Assembly: GCA_021801565.1 (NCBI GenBank)
Contig: JAJYXV010000003.1
Span: forward strand, 68,894 to 132,893
Direction of reading: 5' to 3'
From: a bacterium
GTDB taxonomy: Bacteria > Patescibacteriota > Minisyncoccia > UBA6257 > GWB1-50-10
Length of the DNA: 64,000 nucleotides
The position numbers were made by a program, and so were the translations under genes. Below are positions 39,622 to 50,028 of the stretch, piece after piece. Positions within the stretch are counted from its first letter, which is position 1. Every line of letters begins with the position of its first letter. The notes beneath the pieces are model-generated. The model did not search any database, had not been told where the DNA came from, and was given only the letters and a program-made list of their open reading frames with translations.

Positions 39622-40326
39622 TTATGCTCCCAATCGGTGACCACGCTTAGTGAATTCATGCAGTGCTTTTTCAAATTCTTTTTTTCCAAATGCTGGCCAG
39701 AATGTTTCGGTAAAATAAAACTGACTGTCTGTTGTGTGCCACATCATAAATCCTGATGACCAATGAGGTTCCCCGCCGGTACGAATGACAAAATCAACCG
39801 AGGGGAGGTCTTTTGTCCATAAAAGTTCTTTTATTGATTCATAGTTAGGCTTTGATATATGAGACGTTATTCCCTTCTGAAACGCTTCAATCATCTCCTC
39901 TCTTCCGTCATATCCGAATAATATAGTAAGATTTCCTTTGTGAAAATGTGCTGTGTCGTGTTCTGCATCGTCAATTAATTTTGAAAGTATCTTACTCTTT
40001 GCAATTTCTTTTCCTTTTCCCAGAACTCTCATTCGTATCTCGTTTTTCCTCAGTGTCTCAGAATTTAGGATTTCTTTTAATTCTTTTTCGAACAACTTTA
40101 TAAGAAATGACACCTCTGTTTTTGATCTTTTCTTTAAATTATCCGCTGATGCTCCCCACACTGTTATATATTGAACTCCGCGTTCAAATCCCATTTCCGC
40201 AATTTCATGAACTCGTTTTGCCCCTTCGCGGTGACCTTCGTAGGGTGGTAATCCTTTTGATCTCGCCCATCTCCTGTTTCCATCAGGGATGATAGCAATA
40301 TGGTACGGAATTTTTTCCATGTTCAC
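39622..40326 (-). CDS. uppS: Undecaprenyl/polyprenyl diphosphate synthase
   Basis: HIAIIPDGNRRWA, YDGREE, IRTGGE...S.F. Confidence 0.93.
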   Translation of the reverse strand: MNMEKIPYHIAIIPDGNRRWARSKGLPPYEGHREGAKRVHEIAEMGFERGVQYITVWGASADNLKKRSKTEVSFLIKLFEKELKEILNSETLRKNEIRMRVLGKGKEIAKSKILSKLIDDAEHDTAHFHKGNLTILFGYDGREEMIEAFQKGITSHISKPNYESIKELLWTKDLPSVDFVIRTGGEPHWSSGFMMWHTTDSQFYFTETFWPAFGKKEFEKALHEFTKRGHRLGA

Positions 40327-40418
40327 TCATTATACTAATTTCTTTTTCTCATGTGTATTGACCATGATTTTTTTATATGGTTTAATTCATCCCAGTATTT
40401 TTTGAAAAAAGGAGACAC

Positions 40419-40640
40419 ATGATAGATATCACCCTTTTGGTAATAGAGAAGACATTCAATGAATTGAAAAAAAATAAAAAGGTGCAAATCCGATCGAAGT
40501 CTAATTATAATCTAGACGAAGAAATATATATTTCAAATAGAGAAGTAACCTCCGATGTCATTGTTGGAAAAATTAGCGGAAAGGAGAAAATAAAATCTAC
40601 ACATGAATACACGTTTCTTTATACCATTGAATGTAAATAA
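40419..40640 (+). CDS. Small hypothetical protein
   Basis: AAGGAG RBS, 73 aa, terminator hairpin at ~40646-40674. Confidence 0.55.
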   Translation: MIDITLLVIEKTFNELKKNKKVQIRSKSNYNLDEEIYISNREVTSDVIVGKISGKEKIKSTHEYTFLYTIECK

Positions 40641-40715
40641 TTAATACCCGGATACAATTCCGGGCTTTTCTTTTTGGTGAAATAAATTCCCGATTTTGTT
40701 GTATTATAGAGAGAT

Positions 40716-41276
40716 ATGGATCCAGACTATAGAGATGAGGAGCTAGTGGAAAAGGTGCGGGGAGGTGATACGGAGGCATTCGGAAGTATTGTTGATCGAT
40801 ATGAAGAAAAGCTACTTCGTTATGGAAGGCGATTTTTTTCTGACTGGGACGATATCGCAGATCTTGTACAGGATGTCTTTTTGAAAGCGTATATTAATAT
40901 AAAAAGTTTTGACATTACATTGCGTTTTTCCCCATGGATATATCGAATTGCTCACAACGAATTTGTAAATGCCCTAAAGAAAAAAGCGAAAAATCCTGTT
41001 TCTTTTCTCGATGTTGACGTGCTTTTTCCACACCCAATTTCGGATGAAAACGAAGGAGATCGAATTGATAGGGAGACCTTAAAACAGATTTTCGAGAAAT
41101 CTTTAAATGCACTTGATTTAAAATATCGTGAACCAATTATTCTTTATTATTTTGAAGATCTTGGATATCAGGAAATTGCCGATATTCTCCGCATTCCTAT
41201 TTCGACCGTGGGGGTGCGCATCGCCCGAGGAAAAAAAATACTCAAAAAATCGTATGATTGTTTTGAAAAAAAATAG
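40716..41276 (+). CDS. ECF sigma-70 factor
   Basis: DLVQDVFLKAY, F.PWIYRIAHN, YQEIADIL.IP.STV. Confidence 0.93.
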   Translation: MDPDYRDEELVEKVRGGDTEAFGSIVDRYEEKLLRYGRRFFSDWDDIADLVQDVFLKAYINIKSFDITLRFSPWIYRIAHNEFVNALKKKAKNPVSFLDVDVLFPHPISDENEGDRIDRETLKQIFEKSLNALDLKYREPIILYYFEDLGYQEIADILRIPISTVGVRIARGKKILKKSYDCFEKK

Positions 41277-41297
41277 CCGTAGACATCAAATATTTTT

Positions 41298-42041
41298 ATG
41301 GAAGAAAAAAAATCGATAAAAAATTCAGTGTTAGAAAAAATAAAAAGCGGACAGGCTGCAATGAAACCGAAATGGCACTTTGTGTTGAAAGCGGTTCTTG
41401 TGGGTATCGGGATTATTATATTTATACTTCTTACGCTTTTTGTGATAAGTCTCATTATTTTTATACTTCATGATAATGGTACATGGTTTGTTCCCGCATT
41501 CGGTATGCGTGGAATAGGGAGGTTTATCGTTTCTGTTCCCTGGCTTCTTGTACTTGCGTGCGTCGCGTTTATCGGGCTACTCGAGATATTAGTAAGAAAA
41601 TATTCATTTGCTTATCGAAAACCGTTTTTATATTCAATTATCGGGATTATTTTATTTGTTAGTGTGGGAGGAATTGGGGTTTTTGCAACACATATGCATG
41701 ATCGTTTTTCACGTCTTGCAATGGAAAGGCGGCTTCCATTTGCAGGTCCTATGTATCAGAGATTTCGCGCACAACGCCCAATTGATGTATATCCGGGAAC
41801 AGTGAGGGAAACAACAGAAAATGGATTTTTAATTGAAAATGAATCAAATGAAACATTCAGAGTTGTAGTAACACATGCTACACGTTTTCCTTTTGGTTCG
41901 GAAATTGTTGTAGGAGACGATATTGTTGTTATGGGAGATTTGAAGGATGGAGTAATTTATGCATTCGGAATAAGAAAAATAGACGATAAACTTCCATTTC
42001 TCCCAAGTCCAGGGCAAGTTGAAATGAGAAGAATAAATTAA
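41298..42041 (+). CDS. Membrane protein downstream of ECF sigma (possible anti-sigma factor)
   Basis: Three TM segments plus beta-rich C-terminal domain; position in operon. Confidence 0.65.
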   Translation: MEEKKSIKNSVLEKIKSGQAAMKPKWHFVLKAVLVGIGIIIFILLTLFVISLIIFILHDNGTWFVPAFGMRGIGRFIVSVPWLLVLACVAFIGLLEILVRKYSFAYRKPFLYSIIGIILFVSVGGIGVFATHMHDRFSRLAMERRLPFAGPMYQRFRAQRPIDVYPGTVRETTENGFLIENESNETFRVVVTHATRFPFGSEIVVGDDIVVMGDLKDGVIYAFGIRKIDDKLPFLPSPGQVEMRRIN

Positions 42042-42052
42042 ATAAATAATAT

Positions 42053-43825
42053 ATGAAAAATCTTTTTATTACATCAAAAAAATTTATTGTTGGCCATAAA
42101 AAACTTTCGTTGTTTCTTCTCATTCTTGTGGTGGGCGGAGGATATTATGCGTATGGAAAATTAAAAGGAACAACCCTCGAAACTCGTTATGTCCTTGCAA
42201 AAGTTGAAAAAGGAACACTTATTACTTCTGTTTCTGGAAGCGGACAAGTTTCTGCGTTAAACCAGGTTGATATAAAACCGAAAATTTCCGGAGATATTAC
42301 ATGGGTGGGTGTAAAAAACGGACAGGAGGTTCGTGCCGGACAAGCACTTTTTGGTTTTGATGATACCACTGCGAAAAAAGACGTTGCGAATGCCGAACTC
42401 GATCTTGAGGCAGCACAACTCCAGTTTGAAAAAGACAGTGCTCAGGCTCCAATTGATTATCAAAGAAAACTAGAAACTCTTACCACCCAAAAAAGTGACT
42501 TAGAAAAAGAATATGATAATGCATTTAATGTAGTATCCGATGCATTTCTTAATCTTCCTTCTACCGTGACGGGGGCGGAAAATGTGTTGTATGGAACAAA
42601 TCTCAGTAAAAATTCCAGTCAGTGGAACGTTAGTATGTATAGAGATATATTCACGGCGGAACATGATCGAGATGCGGTAAAACAATTTGCGGATATTGCA
42701 GAGCGTGATTATAAGGATGCGCGAAATAAATACGATTCGGTTTTTCTTAAGTTCAAATCAGTGACAAGAAATTCTGATCCGGCAATTATCGAAAGCATGC
42801 TTTCTGAAACATACGATGCCGCTGCTTCTGTGGCACAGGCACTAAAAAGCGAAAAGAATCTTATTGATACCGTGATTGATATTGCACAAACAAACAAACA
42901 GACATTAGATTCATTTATTACTGCGACGCAATCAAATCTCACCGGCTATCTAAATACTGCGAACAGCAAAGTGGGAGCACTATTAAGTGAAGAACGTTCA
43001 TTAAGTGATGCAAAACAGATAATTGTGGATACTGAACGTGACATTAATATTTTAAAAATCAATAATCCGACCGGATCAAATCCAATTAGTTTACAAAGCG
43101 AACAAAATTCAATAAAGAAACAAGAGAAAACACTTGCAGATCTTCGCGATGAACTTGCAAAATATACAGTATATGCTCCGTTTGCCGGTATAATTTCATC
43201 GGTAAATGTTGAAAAGGGTGATTCTGCGTCAAGCGGAACAGCACTTGCGACGATTCTTACCAAAAAAAAGCTTGCAGAAATTACGTTAAATGAAGTAGAT
43301 GTTGCAAAAATACAGATAGGACAGAAAGCTACAGTAACATTTGATGCAATTGATGGATTAAGTATTACGGGGGAGGTAAGTGAAATTGATTCAGCGGGAA
43401 CGGTAACGCAGGGAGTGGTGAATTATAAGGTGAAAATAGGTTTTGATACTCAAGACGATCGAGTAAAAGCAGGAATGAGTATTTCGGCATCAATTATTAC
43501 AAACAGTAAAGCGGACGTGCTTATGATTTCAAATTCAGCGGTGAAATCACAAAATGGGGTACGTTATGTTGAAACGGTTGATGCTACTTCTTTTGGAAAT
43601 CAAGTAAGTCAAGGTTCTCAAGGAGTAATACTTCCTGCGGCGCCGAAACAAAAAACAGTTGAGGTGGGAATGTTGAATGATACTTCAACAGAGATTATAA
43701 GTGGTCTTGAAGAGGGAGAAGTTGTAGTTGTTCGAACTATTTCTCAGTCTTCTACTCAACAGACCCAAACTACACAGCAGGGGAATGGAGTAAGAATCCC
43801 TGGTCTTGGTGGATTAGGCCGCTGA
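42053..43825 (+). CDS. HlyD/MacA-family efflux periplasmic adaptor
   Basis: N-terminal TM, VSGSG, VK.GQ.V..GQ, long coiled coil, APF.G, NEVD...I..GQ. Confidence 0.9.
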   Translation: MKNLFITSKKFIVGHKKLSLFLLILVVGGGYYAYGKLKGTTLETRYVLAKVEKGTLITSVSGSGQVSALNQVDIKPKISGDITWVGVKNGQEVRAGQALFGFDDTTAKKDVANAELDLEAAQLQFEKDSAQAPIDYQRKLETLTTQKSDLEKEYDNAFNVVSDAFLNLPSTVTGAENVLYGTNLSKNSSQWNVSMYRDIFTAEHDRDAVKQFADIAERDYKDARNKYDSVFLKFKSVTRNSDPAIIESMLSETYDAAASVAQALKSEKNLIDTVIDIAQTNKQTLDSFITATQSNLTGYLNTANSKVGALLSEERSLSDAKQIIVDTERDINILKINNPTGSNPISLQSEQNSIKKQEKTLADLRDELAKYTVYAPFAGIISSVNVEKGDSASSGTALATILTKKKLAEITLNEVDVAKIQIGQKATVTFDAIDGLSITGEVSEIDSAGTVTQGVVNYKVKIGFDTQDDRVKAGMSISASIITNSKADVLMISNSAVKSQNGVRYVETVDATSFGNQVSQGSQGVILPAAPKQKTVEVGMLNDTSTEIISGLEEGEVVVVRTISQSSTQQTQTTQQGNGVRIPGLGGLGR

Positions 43826-43833
43826 TAGTAAAT

Positions 43834-44553
43834 ATGATTACGTGTGCAAATATTACAAAGACATATATAAATGGGGATGTGGAAACGCCGGTGTTGAAGG
43901 GAATATCTTTTAAGGTGGAAAGTGGCGAATTTGTTGCAATCATGGGACCGTCTGGTTCTGGAAAATCTACGCTTATGCATATTCTTGGCGCGCTTGATAC
44001 GGTAACCTCGGGCACATATATACTTGATGGACGCGATGTGTCAAAGCTTTCTGATGATGAACTAGCCGATGTGCGGAGGGAAAAAATCGGATTTGTGTTT
44101 CAATCATTTAATCTTCTTTCGCGCGCGACAGTGTTGCGAAATGTGATGCTTCCCCTTATCTACGCAGAGGTTCCAAAATTAAAACGAGTGGAGCAAGCAC
44201 ATCGTGCCTTAAATGCGGCAGGACTTGATAGCGATCGGTGGCACCACCTTTCGAATCAACTTTCTGGTGGACAAATGCAGCGTGTCGCGATTGCAAGGGC
44301 GCTTGTAAATAACCCGAGTATTATTTTTGCCGATGAACCTACAGGAAATCTTGATTCAAAAACTGGCGAAATCGTTCTTGGCACATTTCAGGAATTAAAC
44401 CGGAAACATCATCACACTATCATTCTCATCACCCACGAACCGTATGTTGCTGAACACGCGGATAGAATTATTCATATAGTTGATGGACTTATACTCGAAG
44501 ATAAAAAAAATATTCATAAACGGATAGTGCACACGCATAACGCAATATCATGA
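43834..44553 (+). CDS. ABC transporter ATP-binding protein (MacB/LolD-like)
   Basis: [33 protein letters not shown]. Confidence 0.95.
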   Translation: MITCANITKTYINGDVETPVLKGISFKVESGEFVAIMGPSGSGKSTLMHILGALDTVTSGTYILDGRDVSKLSDDELADVRREKIGFVFQSFNLLSRATVLRNVMLPLIYAEVPKLKRVEQAHRALNAAGLDSDRWHHLSNQLSGGQMQRVAIARALVNNPSIIFADEPTGNLDSKTGEIVLGTFQELNRKHHHTIILITHEPYVAEHADRIIHIVDGLILEDKKNIHKRIVHTHNAIS

Positions 44554-45773
44554 AAATATCAGATTTAGTAGAGGAAACATATTTTTCACTTACGGTGAAT
44601 AAAGTACGAACAGGGCTTACCATGCTCGGTATCGTGATTGGTATTGGCTCAGTGATTGGAATGGTTTCAATTGGACAGGGAGCACAGGGTTCGATTGAAT
44701 CAAGAATCAAATCAATTGGTTCGAACTTAATTATTGTGTCACCGGGGGCTCAACGTGGCCCTGGAGTACAAGTAAGTTCTGGACGTGGATCGGCACAGAC
44801 GCTCACACAAGAAGATGCTGATGCGATTATAAAAGAAGTTACATCTGTAAAAGCGATTGCGCCTGAAATTTCCCGGCGATATCAAATTACTGCAAAGGGA
44901 ACAAATACAAACACACAGGTGGTGGGAACCGTATCAGCATACCCAGCTGTACGTAATATTGAGATAGATACAGGGTCGTTTATTACTGATCAGCAAGTAA
45001 GTAGCCTTGCACGTGTTGCGGTGCTTGGTCCTACAACTCGTGATGATTTATTTGGAGTTGGCGCCGAAGCAATTGGGCAGTCAGTGAGAATTAATAAGGT
45101 TGATTTCAAAATTATTGGGATTACAAAATCAAAGGGAGGAAGCGGATTTGGAAATCAAGATGATATGATATTTGTTCCGCTTTCGACTGCGCAGCGATTT
45201 CTTGCGGGGGACACATATGTGACTTCAATAAGTATTGCAGCTCAAGACCAAAATTCTATGAGTGATGTGCAACAGCAGGTAAGTGAATTATTACTTCAAC
45301 GCCATAAAATTTCAGATCCGCAACTCGCTGATTTTAGTGTATTAAATCAGGCAGATATTGTTGCTACCGCATCATCGGTGACTGGGATATTTACTATTCT
45401 ACTTGGAGCGATTGCTGGAATTTCTCTTTTGGTAGGAGGAATTGGAATCATGAATATGATGCTTACCACCGTCACAGAACGGACACGTGAAATAGGACTC
45501 CGAAAAGCAATTGGTGCGAAAAAAGCGGACATTACCATTCAATTTATTACTGAGTCTGTTGCACTTACGTTTCTTGGGGGGGTTGTCGGAGTATTATTCG
45601 GATGGTTACTTGCATTTTTTACCACACAATTTGCAGGAATCGCTACAAGTATTTCTTCTGGGTCAGTTATGCTTGCGTTCGGTGTTTCGGCAGGAATTGG
45701 GATTCTTTTTGGATATTATCCGGCTCGTCGTGCGGCATCGCTAAATCCGATTGAAGCATTGAGATATGAATAA
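44550..45773 (+). CDS. MacB/FtsX-like ABC permease
   Basis: LTMLGIVIG, GGIGIMNMML..VTERTREIG.RKA.GA, YPARRAA.LNPIEALRYE. Confidence 0.95.
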   Translation: MKISDLVEETYFSLTVNKVRTGLTMLGIVIGIGSVIGMVSIGQGAQGSIESRIKSIGSNLIIVSPGAQRGPGVQVSSGRGSAQTLTQEDADAIIKEVTSVKAIAPEISRRYQITAKGTNTNTQVVGTVSAYPAVRNIEIDTGSFITDQQVSSLARVAVLGPTTRDDLFGVGAEAIGQSVRINKVDFKIIGITKSKGGSGFGNQDDMIFVPLSTAQRFLAGDTYVTSISIAAQDQNSMSDVQQQVSELLLQRHKISDPQLADFSVLNQADIVATASSVTGIFTILLGAIAGISLLVGGIGIMNMMLTTVTERTREIGLRKAIGAKKADITIQFITESVALTFLGGVVGVLFGWLLAFFTTQFAGIATSISSGSVMLAFGVSAGIGILFGYYPARRAASLNPIEALRYE

Positions 45774-45810
45774 GAGCCATTCGTCCGTGGTTCTCAAAGA
45801 AATATAAAAA

Positions 45811-46218
45811 ATGAAAAAAATAACACCAATAATCATTGTTGCAGTTATCGTGGGATTGATATGTTTTTATGTCGGTGTGCAATATGGAAAAAATACAACA
45901 AATACAAAAGCACAATTTAACGGGCAGAATTTTATACCAAGAGGAAACAATAGAGTAGGACAAAGGGGTCAGGGAGGAGGTTTTATGAATGGAGATATTA
46001 TCTCAAAAGATACATCTACTATCACATTAAAGTTGGGAGATGGAGGATCAAAAATTGTCTTTATTTCAACATCAACCTCAGTTATGAAATCGACTGAAGG
46101 ATCTCTCAATGATCTATCTATCGGAGAGAATGTATTAGTAATGGGAACGACAAACTCTGATGGAAGTATAACTGCAAAGTCTATTCAGTTGAGAAATCCG
46201 TTATCAACAAGCAGATAG
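45811..46218 (+). CDS. Membrane-anchored hypothetical protein (DUF5666-like)
   Basis: TM, Gly-rich linker, G.IISKD..TIT.K..DGGSKIVF, G..NSDGSITA..IQ. Confidence 0.75.
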   Translation: MKKITPIIIVAVIVGLICFYVGVQYGKNTTNTKAQFNGQNFIPRGNNRVGQRGQGGGFMNGDIISKDTSTITLKLGDGGSKIVFISTSTSVMKSTEGSLNDLSIGENVLVMGTTNSDGSITAKSIQLRNPLSTSR

Positions 46219-46512
46219 TATTGATTTTTATTCTCATTTTCTGCAATAATAACATAGATATGAAATCTATTTCCGTGCAATATCGAATACCGATAATCGC
46301 GACGCAACTCGTGCTTATTATTGTACTTATTCTCTTCGATGCGAATCGGAGGTTTGTGATTTCTTAAAAAACGAATGTAGAAATCCCCTCCGATGTATAT
46401 CGGAGGGGATTTTGTTTTTGTCTGAGAAATGGAAGGAATATATTCTTTGTATCTCTCAGGGAAAAATAAACCTGAAGATCTTTTACAATCACAAAATGAA
46501 AGGATATATATC

Positions 46513-46707
46513 ATGTCTGAGGAGAACAAAGATCGCAGTAATCTTCTGCCAGAAGATGGCACAACCGTACCTTCTGAGAGAGAAAAAATGAAAAATTCGG
46601 AAGAACAAACTTCGCTTTTTTCAAATTTCATTCAACGTTCTATACAAGGATCGTTTGGAGAAGAATACTACACAATCGACGAACACTATATGAGAATACA
46701 AGGATAG
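46513..46707 (+). CDS. Small hypothetical protein
   Basis: AAGGA RBS before ATG 46513; terminator-like hairpin downstream. Confidence 0.4.
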   Translation: MSEENKDRSNLLPEDGTTVPSEREKMKNSEEQTSLFSNFIQRSIQGSFGEEYYTIDEHYMRIQG

Positions 46708-46794
46708 TGTTCGTGCAACAACCCCTTTTTATAAGGGGTTTTCTTTTGGCTCAATTTTTATTGTATAAGAAAGATGATAATATATGCGTATACA

Positions 46795-47715
46795 ATGATG
46801 AACAAAAAACGCATTTTTATTGTAGCCGGAGTGCTTGTAATACTTTCAGCAATAGGAAGCGGGGGATATCTTTTTTGGAATGTACATGAGGAAAACCTAA
46901 TTCTTAGGAGTGAATTATCGGGAATGAATGAATCATTAAAACTAACGAAGGAGAATTTTTTTCGTTCAAGAATTGAAAATGCCGATTTGAGTGATAGAAA
47001 TAAAAATCTTTCACAAACTGTTCGTGAACAACTTGATAAAAATACAGCTCTTGAAACACAAGTCATGGATATTTCTGGGGTGGTGCAGAATATATCCGGA
47101 ACGGTGGGAACACTTCAAAAATTGAGTCAGACCGATAAAGAGCTTCTCAAAAAATATTCAAAAGTATATTTTCTGAGTGAAAACTATATTCCATCGAGAC
47201 TTGTGGATATAAAGAGTGAATTCCTCTTGGATAAAAGTGCACCGAAACAAATTCATGCGGGTGTTGATGTATTTCTTACTGATATGCTGCAGGAAGCAAG
47301 CAGTACGGGAATTAGCTTAAAAATCGTTTCTGCATATCGATCGTTTTACGATCAAATATCGGTGAAAACCGGGTATAAGATGATTTATGGGTCCGGGGCA
47401 AACCAATTTTCGGCAGATCAGGGATATTCGGAACATCAGTTAGGGACAACGGTTGATATTACCACTTCAAAATTAAAAACACTCACAACGCAATTTGATA
47501 GAGATATTGCATATAAATGGCTTACGGAGAATGCATATCGATTTGGGTTTGTGCTCTCATATCCAAAAGGGAATTCATATTATCAATATGAACCGTGGCA
47601 TTGGCGATTTGTTGGTGTTGGACTTGCAACGAGATTACATGAAGAGGGGAAATATTTTTATGATCTTACTCAACGCGAAATTGATGACTATCTTGTCTCT
47701 ATTTTTGACAGGTAA
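46795..47715 (+). CDS. M15B (VanY-like) D-Ala-D-Ala carboxypeptidase with coiled-coil stalk
   Basis: SAYRS...Q, SA..GYSEHQLG..VD, YEPWHWRFVG. Confidence 0.9.
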   Translation: MMNKKRIFIVAGVLVILSAIGSGGYLFWNVHEENLILRSELSGMNESLKLTKENFFRSRIENADLSDRNKNLSQTVREQLDKNTALETQVMDISGVVQNISGTVGTLQKLSQTDKELLKKYSKVYFLSENYIPSRLVDIKSEFLLDKSAPKQIHAGVDVFLTDMLQEASSTGISLKIVSAYRSFYDQISVKTGYKMIYGSGANQFSADQGYSEHQLGTTVDITTSKLKTLTTQFDRDIAYKWLTENAYRFGFVLSYPKGNSYYQYEPWHWRFVGVGLATRLHEEGKYFYDLTQREIDDYLVSIFDR

Positions 47716-47727
47716 GGAATATTAAAA

Positions 47728-48645
47728 ATGAAATATATCACAAAATTTTTAGAATCCTATATTACCGTTCTTTTCGTTTCTTTGTTGGCGGGGATTGGGT
47801 TATATAAATATACAATTTATATTGCTCCATATAGCACCATATTTCTCGGTATTATCTTCTTTTTCAGTGCATTGAAAATTGATCTCAAGGAAGCGTTCGT
47901 ATATTTTTCTGATTTTAAAATGGTGATTATTTCGAATGTATTTATGTTGATTGCACTTCCCACAGTTACATATATAGTAATGCAATTTATTTATCCTCCA
48001 CTTGCCGTTGCATTTTTGATACTTGCTTCTATGCCATCGGGGATGACCTCGCCGTTTCTTTCTGAAATCGTCGGAGGAACCGAAAGTTTGGCGCTTGTGC
48101 TTGCTATCTCTACTTCATTTTTTGCACCTCTTACCATTCCACTTATGATTCAATTGTTTGCGGGAACCGAAGTGAGTGTCGGATTTATGACAATGTTTTT
48201 GTCGCTCGCGAAAGTGATTTTTATTCCGTTTATTCTCGCTAATATCGTAAAATATTTCTGGAATAATGAAGTCCAAAAATTAAATACAAAAACAAAACCA
48301 ATTTCTATGATATGTTTAGGACTTTTGATTATTGGTATTGTTTCGAAACAGGCAGAAGTGATTCTCTCAAGTATTCAGGGAGGGCATTCATTAATATATC
48401 TCATTGCGCTATTTCTGCTCTTTATTGCATTTCATTTTCTGGGTTATTTCGTTGTATTTTGGAAAGACAAAAAAGAACGCATAACTATTGCGGTTTGCCT
48501 CACATATCTCAATTTTACGCTTGCAGTATATCTGGTAGATCAATTTTTCCATGCGCCGAATATTCTTATTCCGATCATTCTTTCGGTTCTCCCGTGGTCA
48601 ATTCTTATAGTTCCATTTAAATACTTTGCTCGGAAGATTGTATAG
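47728..48645 (+). CDS. Bile acid:sodium symporter (BASS) family transporter
   Basis: Multi-TM, SMPSG, GG...LAL, AP.TIP. Confidence 0.8.
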   Translation: MKYITKFLESYITVLFVSLLAGIGLYKYTIYIAPYSTIFLGIIFFFSALKIDLKEAFVYFSDFKMVIISNVFMLIALPTVTYIVMQFIYPPLAVAFLILASMPSGMTSPFLSEIVGGTESLALVLAISTSFFAPLTIPLMIQLFAGTEVSVGFMTMFLSLAKVIFIPFILANIVKYFWNNEVQKLNTKTKPISMICLGLLIIGIVSKQAEVILSSIQGGHSLIYLIALFLLFIAFHFLGYFVVFWKDKKERITIAVCLTYLNFTLAVYLVDQFFHAPNILIPIILSVLPWSILIVPFKYFARKIV

Positions 48646-48648
48646 GTG

Positions 48649-49554
48649 TTAAAGGAGAAAATATACTCCGGCGAAAATGAGGGCAATTGAAAACACTCGT
48701 TGGATGATGGTTGTTCTATCGAGTGTTTCTTTTCCGATTTGTGGAAAGAAAAGGGTGAGAATAATACCATAAATAAAAACAACAAGCGGTTGTACTCCAT
48801 TGATCACCCAGACAAGCGCAAGTGGGGCTAACAAACTCGCAAAGTTCGCAAGAAGTTTTGCAATAATATTCAAAAGTTCTGCGATTGAATTTAATCCAAG
48901 CACCATAAGTCTGCTTTTTGCAATAGTTGCAAAAAACTGTTTTCGATAGAGAGGAATACAGACAAGGAGAAATATTCCAAAAATTGTTCCGCCAATATAC
49001 TCCCAAAATGCCGTACCCCAAAAATTTTCTTCAAGTGCAATCATTTTAAAAATAAGTCCATTTATAGCAAGCATGAACGTGGAAAGTAGCATCCATAAAA
49101 ATGGTTTTAATTTGAATTGAATGTGTACTGAAAGATCAAGTGAAATAATAACGCCGCCCGCAATAACAAGAAGGGAAGAAAATATCTGTTGTGTGGTGAG
49201 ATGTTCATTAAGAAATACGAGAGCAAGAAAATAGCCGAATACAGGGATGATTTGAAAGAGTGCGGTGATCATTGATGGTTCTTCACGTTCTAGTGCATGA
49301 AGATAGGGAATAAACGAAGCGACAAGTAGTGCTCCATTTATTGCAATAATTATTGCATTGAAAACGCTCACTGAAAGAGCGCTTGAATAAAACAAAGCAA
49401 TAAAAATTGAGAATATAAATCCGCTCAAACTTGTAAATATCACAAGTGAGCCGACACCCTTCCCGCTAAAATATTTTGAGATAATGAACTTGTCAACATG
49501 ATTCACTATCCCCCAAAGCATTGGCGCTGCAAGCGCGATCCAAAACCATCGCAT
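48649..49554 (-). CDS. EamA/DMT-family transporter
   Basis: About 10 TM, P.F...LA.VFL.E.L pattern repeated twice. Confidence 0.8.
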   Translation of the reverse strand: MRWFWIALAAPMLWGIVNHVDKFIISKYFSGKGVGSLVIFTSLSGFIFSIFIALFYSSALSVSVFNAIIIAINGALLVASFIPYLHALEREEPSMITALFQIIPVFGYFLALVFLNEHLTTQQIFSSLLVIAGGVIISLDLSVHIQFKLKPFLWMLLSTFMLAINGLIFKMIALEENFWGTAFWEYIGGTIFGIFLLVCIPLYRKQFFATIAKSRLMVLGLNSIAELLNIIAKLLANFASLLAPLALVWVINGVQPLVVFIYGIILTLFFPQIGKETLDRTTIIQRVFSIALIFAGVYFLL

Positions 49555-49606
49555 AATATGAATATACTATAAGTTACTCATATATCATATATATCTATAC
49601 TTTATT

Positions 49607-49801
49607 TTCTCCATTGGACATTTTGGTGGTATAAATTTTATCGCCTACTATTTAACAGGTGAAAAAGACAGAAGAAAAATTTATAACGGAGAAATAGATA
49701 ATGAACATTTAGTTTTAGCAAAAAATATAGAAGAATTTCTAGAAAAATCGTTACCATCTGAAATTACTGAAATGAAGATTCCTAAAATACCAATTAAATA
49801 A
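49607..49801 (+). pseudogene. Frameshifted remnant resembling an SMI1/KNR4 (SUKH) immunity protein C-terminus
   Basis: Manual translation FSIGHFGGINFIAYYLTGEK / (frameshift) KIYNGEIDNEHLVLAKNIEEFLEK; no start codon. Confidence 0.35.
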
Positions 49802-49836
49802 ACCACTCCGCACTGAAAGTGCGGAGTGGTTTATTT
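49796..49836. terminator. 19-bp-stem hairpin downstream of the tRNA-Gln copies
   Basis: AAATAAACCACTCCGCACT-GAA-AGTGCGGAGTGGTTTATTT. Confidence 0.75.
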
Positions 49837-49922
49837 GCTGCGGGACTAGGAGTCGGACCTAGATACCGGGATTCAAAGTCCCGTGTCCTACCATTAGACC
49901 TGCCTGCGCAGGCAGGCGATCC
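49837..49922 (-). pseudogene. Near-complete duplicate of tRNA-Gln interrupted by an 18-bp perfect palindrome
   Basis: Identical to 49950-50016 except for the insert CCTGCCTGCGCAGGCAGG at 49899-49916; the 5' acceptor bases are lost. Confidence 0.9.
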
Positions 49923-49950
49923 TCAAATGAATATAAACTCTCGATCACAG

Positions 49951-50021
49951 CTGCGGGACTAGGAGTCGGACCTAGATACCGGGATTCAAAGTCCCGTGTC
50001 CTACCATTAGACGATCCCGCA
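49951..50021 (-). tRNA. tRNA-Gln(TTG)
   Basis: Minus strand TGCGGGA/TCCCGCA acceptor, CGGGA-CTTTGAA-TCCCG anticodon arm; T-loop TCCGACT; CCA not encoded. Confidence 0.9.
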
Positions 50022-50028
50022 GCCGTGA

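Noticed and set aside
49837-50021. CRISPR array or prophage att pair
   Set aside because: Only two copies, both tRNA-derived, separated by under 30 nt; no cas or integrase genes in the window.
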